Shown in pieces: positions 13,949 through 64,000 of a stretch of 64,000 nucleotides of DNA. Below the pieces are notes generated by a model. The model was not told where the DNA came from, did no database searches, and saw nothing but the letters and a program-made list of their open reading frames with translations. The stretch lies in assembly GCA_040954595.2 (NCBI GenBank), contig CM082578.2:1904831-1968830 (forward strand), written 5' to 3'. Origin of the DNA: Balanoglossus misakiensis. Taxonomy: Eukaryota; Animalia; Hemichordata. Made by a program: the position numbers and the translations under genes. Position 1 is the first letter of the stretch; each line of letters starts with the position of its first letter.

Positions 13949-15458
13949 ATATGGGACTAAACTTGACAGATACCCAGAATATTTTCCTATTCAGGATACC
14001 TGGTTGCATTTCCACCTAAAGGCGTCCTATTGGCGTGGAAATTTTATAACTTGAAATCGTTTGACTAGGTGATAGGTATTAATATCTTATGATGTTATAA
14101 AACACTTGGCTCGCCGAAGGTATGGACCGATTATAGCGTCGGTCGTGTCATAAAATCTATATGAACGTCATGGGTCAATAAACTTGATGGTCCAATAAAA
14201 TTTAATGGTTCGTAAAAATGTTGTGTCCAATGTCTGCAGAGTATACTGGCTGCAACATGTGTATGAGTCAGGATTAACGGCTGTAGCCATCAACCTTCGT
14301 TAAACCTAAAAGGTGAACGTCCTATTCTCACTAACTTAAATAGGTTTTGCGACCAAGTTGAGTGATAAAAACCTTATGATAAAGTCGACACAATTTCAAG
14401 ATGACGATGTGCAAATGAGAGTTCATAAGCTAAAGTAAAGTTCAATGAATTCTATATTTGAACTACAAAGTTCAAGAAAGATTTTTTACTAAAGGAAGAC
14501 ATGAAAAAACTGATATCGTCTCTTCATATTCGTACATGTCCAACTGTTGTGATTTGACCCCCCCCCCCCAGGACATGGTACATGAACCTATTACTTAGTA
14601 CACACTTAAACAATTGGCATTTGAAGTGCCTTGCTTGACAGTGTTTAATGCCATCTTGTGGTGGTCAGTCGCGTTTATCTTTCGCCACTTCATGCATCAT
14701 GTCGCCTTAAAGGGACAAACTCTCTCTCTCGTCGCCCTTTTCCATTAATTATGTTTGATACAAGACACCGTTTATATTAATGGGCATGTGTATATGTAGT
14801 GAATGAACGTTCAACCACACACAACGTCCATCCTGCTTGTATGATATGAGAGTAAAAACTCGCCCAAAATGAATAAATGGTAGAGACCGATTTTTCAGTT
14901 TGGCGAGTTTTCGCTCTCGTGTCTACATGCGGGATGGAAGGTGTGCGCGGTTGAACGTTGCATCACTATATATCCACATTTACATTAACATAAACAGTGT
15001 TTTGTATCAAACATGGAAAAGGGCAGCGAGTTAAGGATGTACGATCAGTAAAATTGAAAGCATTGTCATTTCTTTTAATCGTGGATTTTCGTTTCTGATT
15101 TGTATGTATAATGAAAATCCATTTTGGGTCACTGCACTTGTTTTCGACTTTAAACAAGGCCGTGAATTTAGTCGATAATTGAAGAAAACTGCTGACGGTC
15201 AGCATTTTCTACCAATGGTTTGTCTATGGATACAATATTGAACAAAGTTTATCTCAAAATAGAGCGTGGTGAATTTATTTTGATTTGTCGGAGCTATGTG
15301 TAAAATTTCATGAAAATGACAATAGTAGAAGTGAGTTTTCTAGCTATTCTCCATGTACTCCTATGGGAAGAGACACAGGCGCACAGTTTACCAGTTGACG
15401 TTCTGCGCGTACATCATTGAGTGTATTGGCAGCTAACTTATTGTTTTTTTTGTCACAG

Positions 15459-63831
<48,373 letters not shown>

Positions 63832-64000
63832 GTAAGTATAGATAACGTTAGTTCTTGAAAGACTATGTACATGATTGGCTGTGATGTCAATACTGACCGG
63901 ATGGTCTGTCATTTCGAGTCATTGTGATTTGTAACAATTTTTGTTATGAATAATTTTATTTCATCTTGTTCGTTTTTGTGTGTTGCGCTGTTTTTTTTAA

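Overview
Animal (invertebrate-type, AT-rich, spliceosomal-intron-rich) genomic DNA. Most of the window (~15.46 kb to beyond 64 kb, + strand) is one large multi-exon gene for a secreted or cell-surface mosaic protein with an Uninflatable (Uif)-like N-terminal architecture: C-type lectin, LDLa, 3x CUB, 4x Sushi, 2x EGF, 3 complete and 1 open-ended Sushi. This is followed, unexpectedly, by Thr-rich mucin stalks alternating with tandemly duplicated, intron-containing, two-domain expansin-like (DPBB + CBM63-like) modules. Two exons of this gene are split by insertions: an 808-bp hairpin element and a 2.3-kb solo-LTR-like element. The rest is transposon-dense: a PIF/Harbinger element with interleaved transposase and MADF genes, a decayed ZNF862-like hAT, a 12.4-kb ISL2EU element (THAP-DDE transposase plus SWIM-YqaJ exonuclease), a nearly intact piggyBac, several MITE/HINE families, a four-member family of long-hairpin elements, and a minimal hammerhead ribozyme. 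All exon boundaries and translations were derived by hand from GT/AG sites and frame continuity, and no database search was run.
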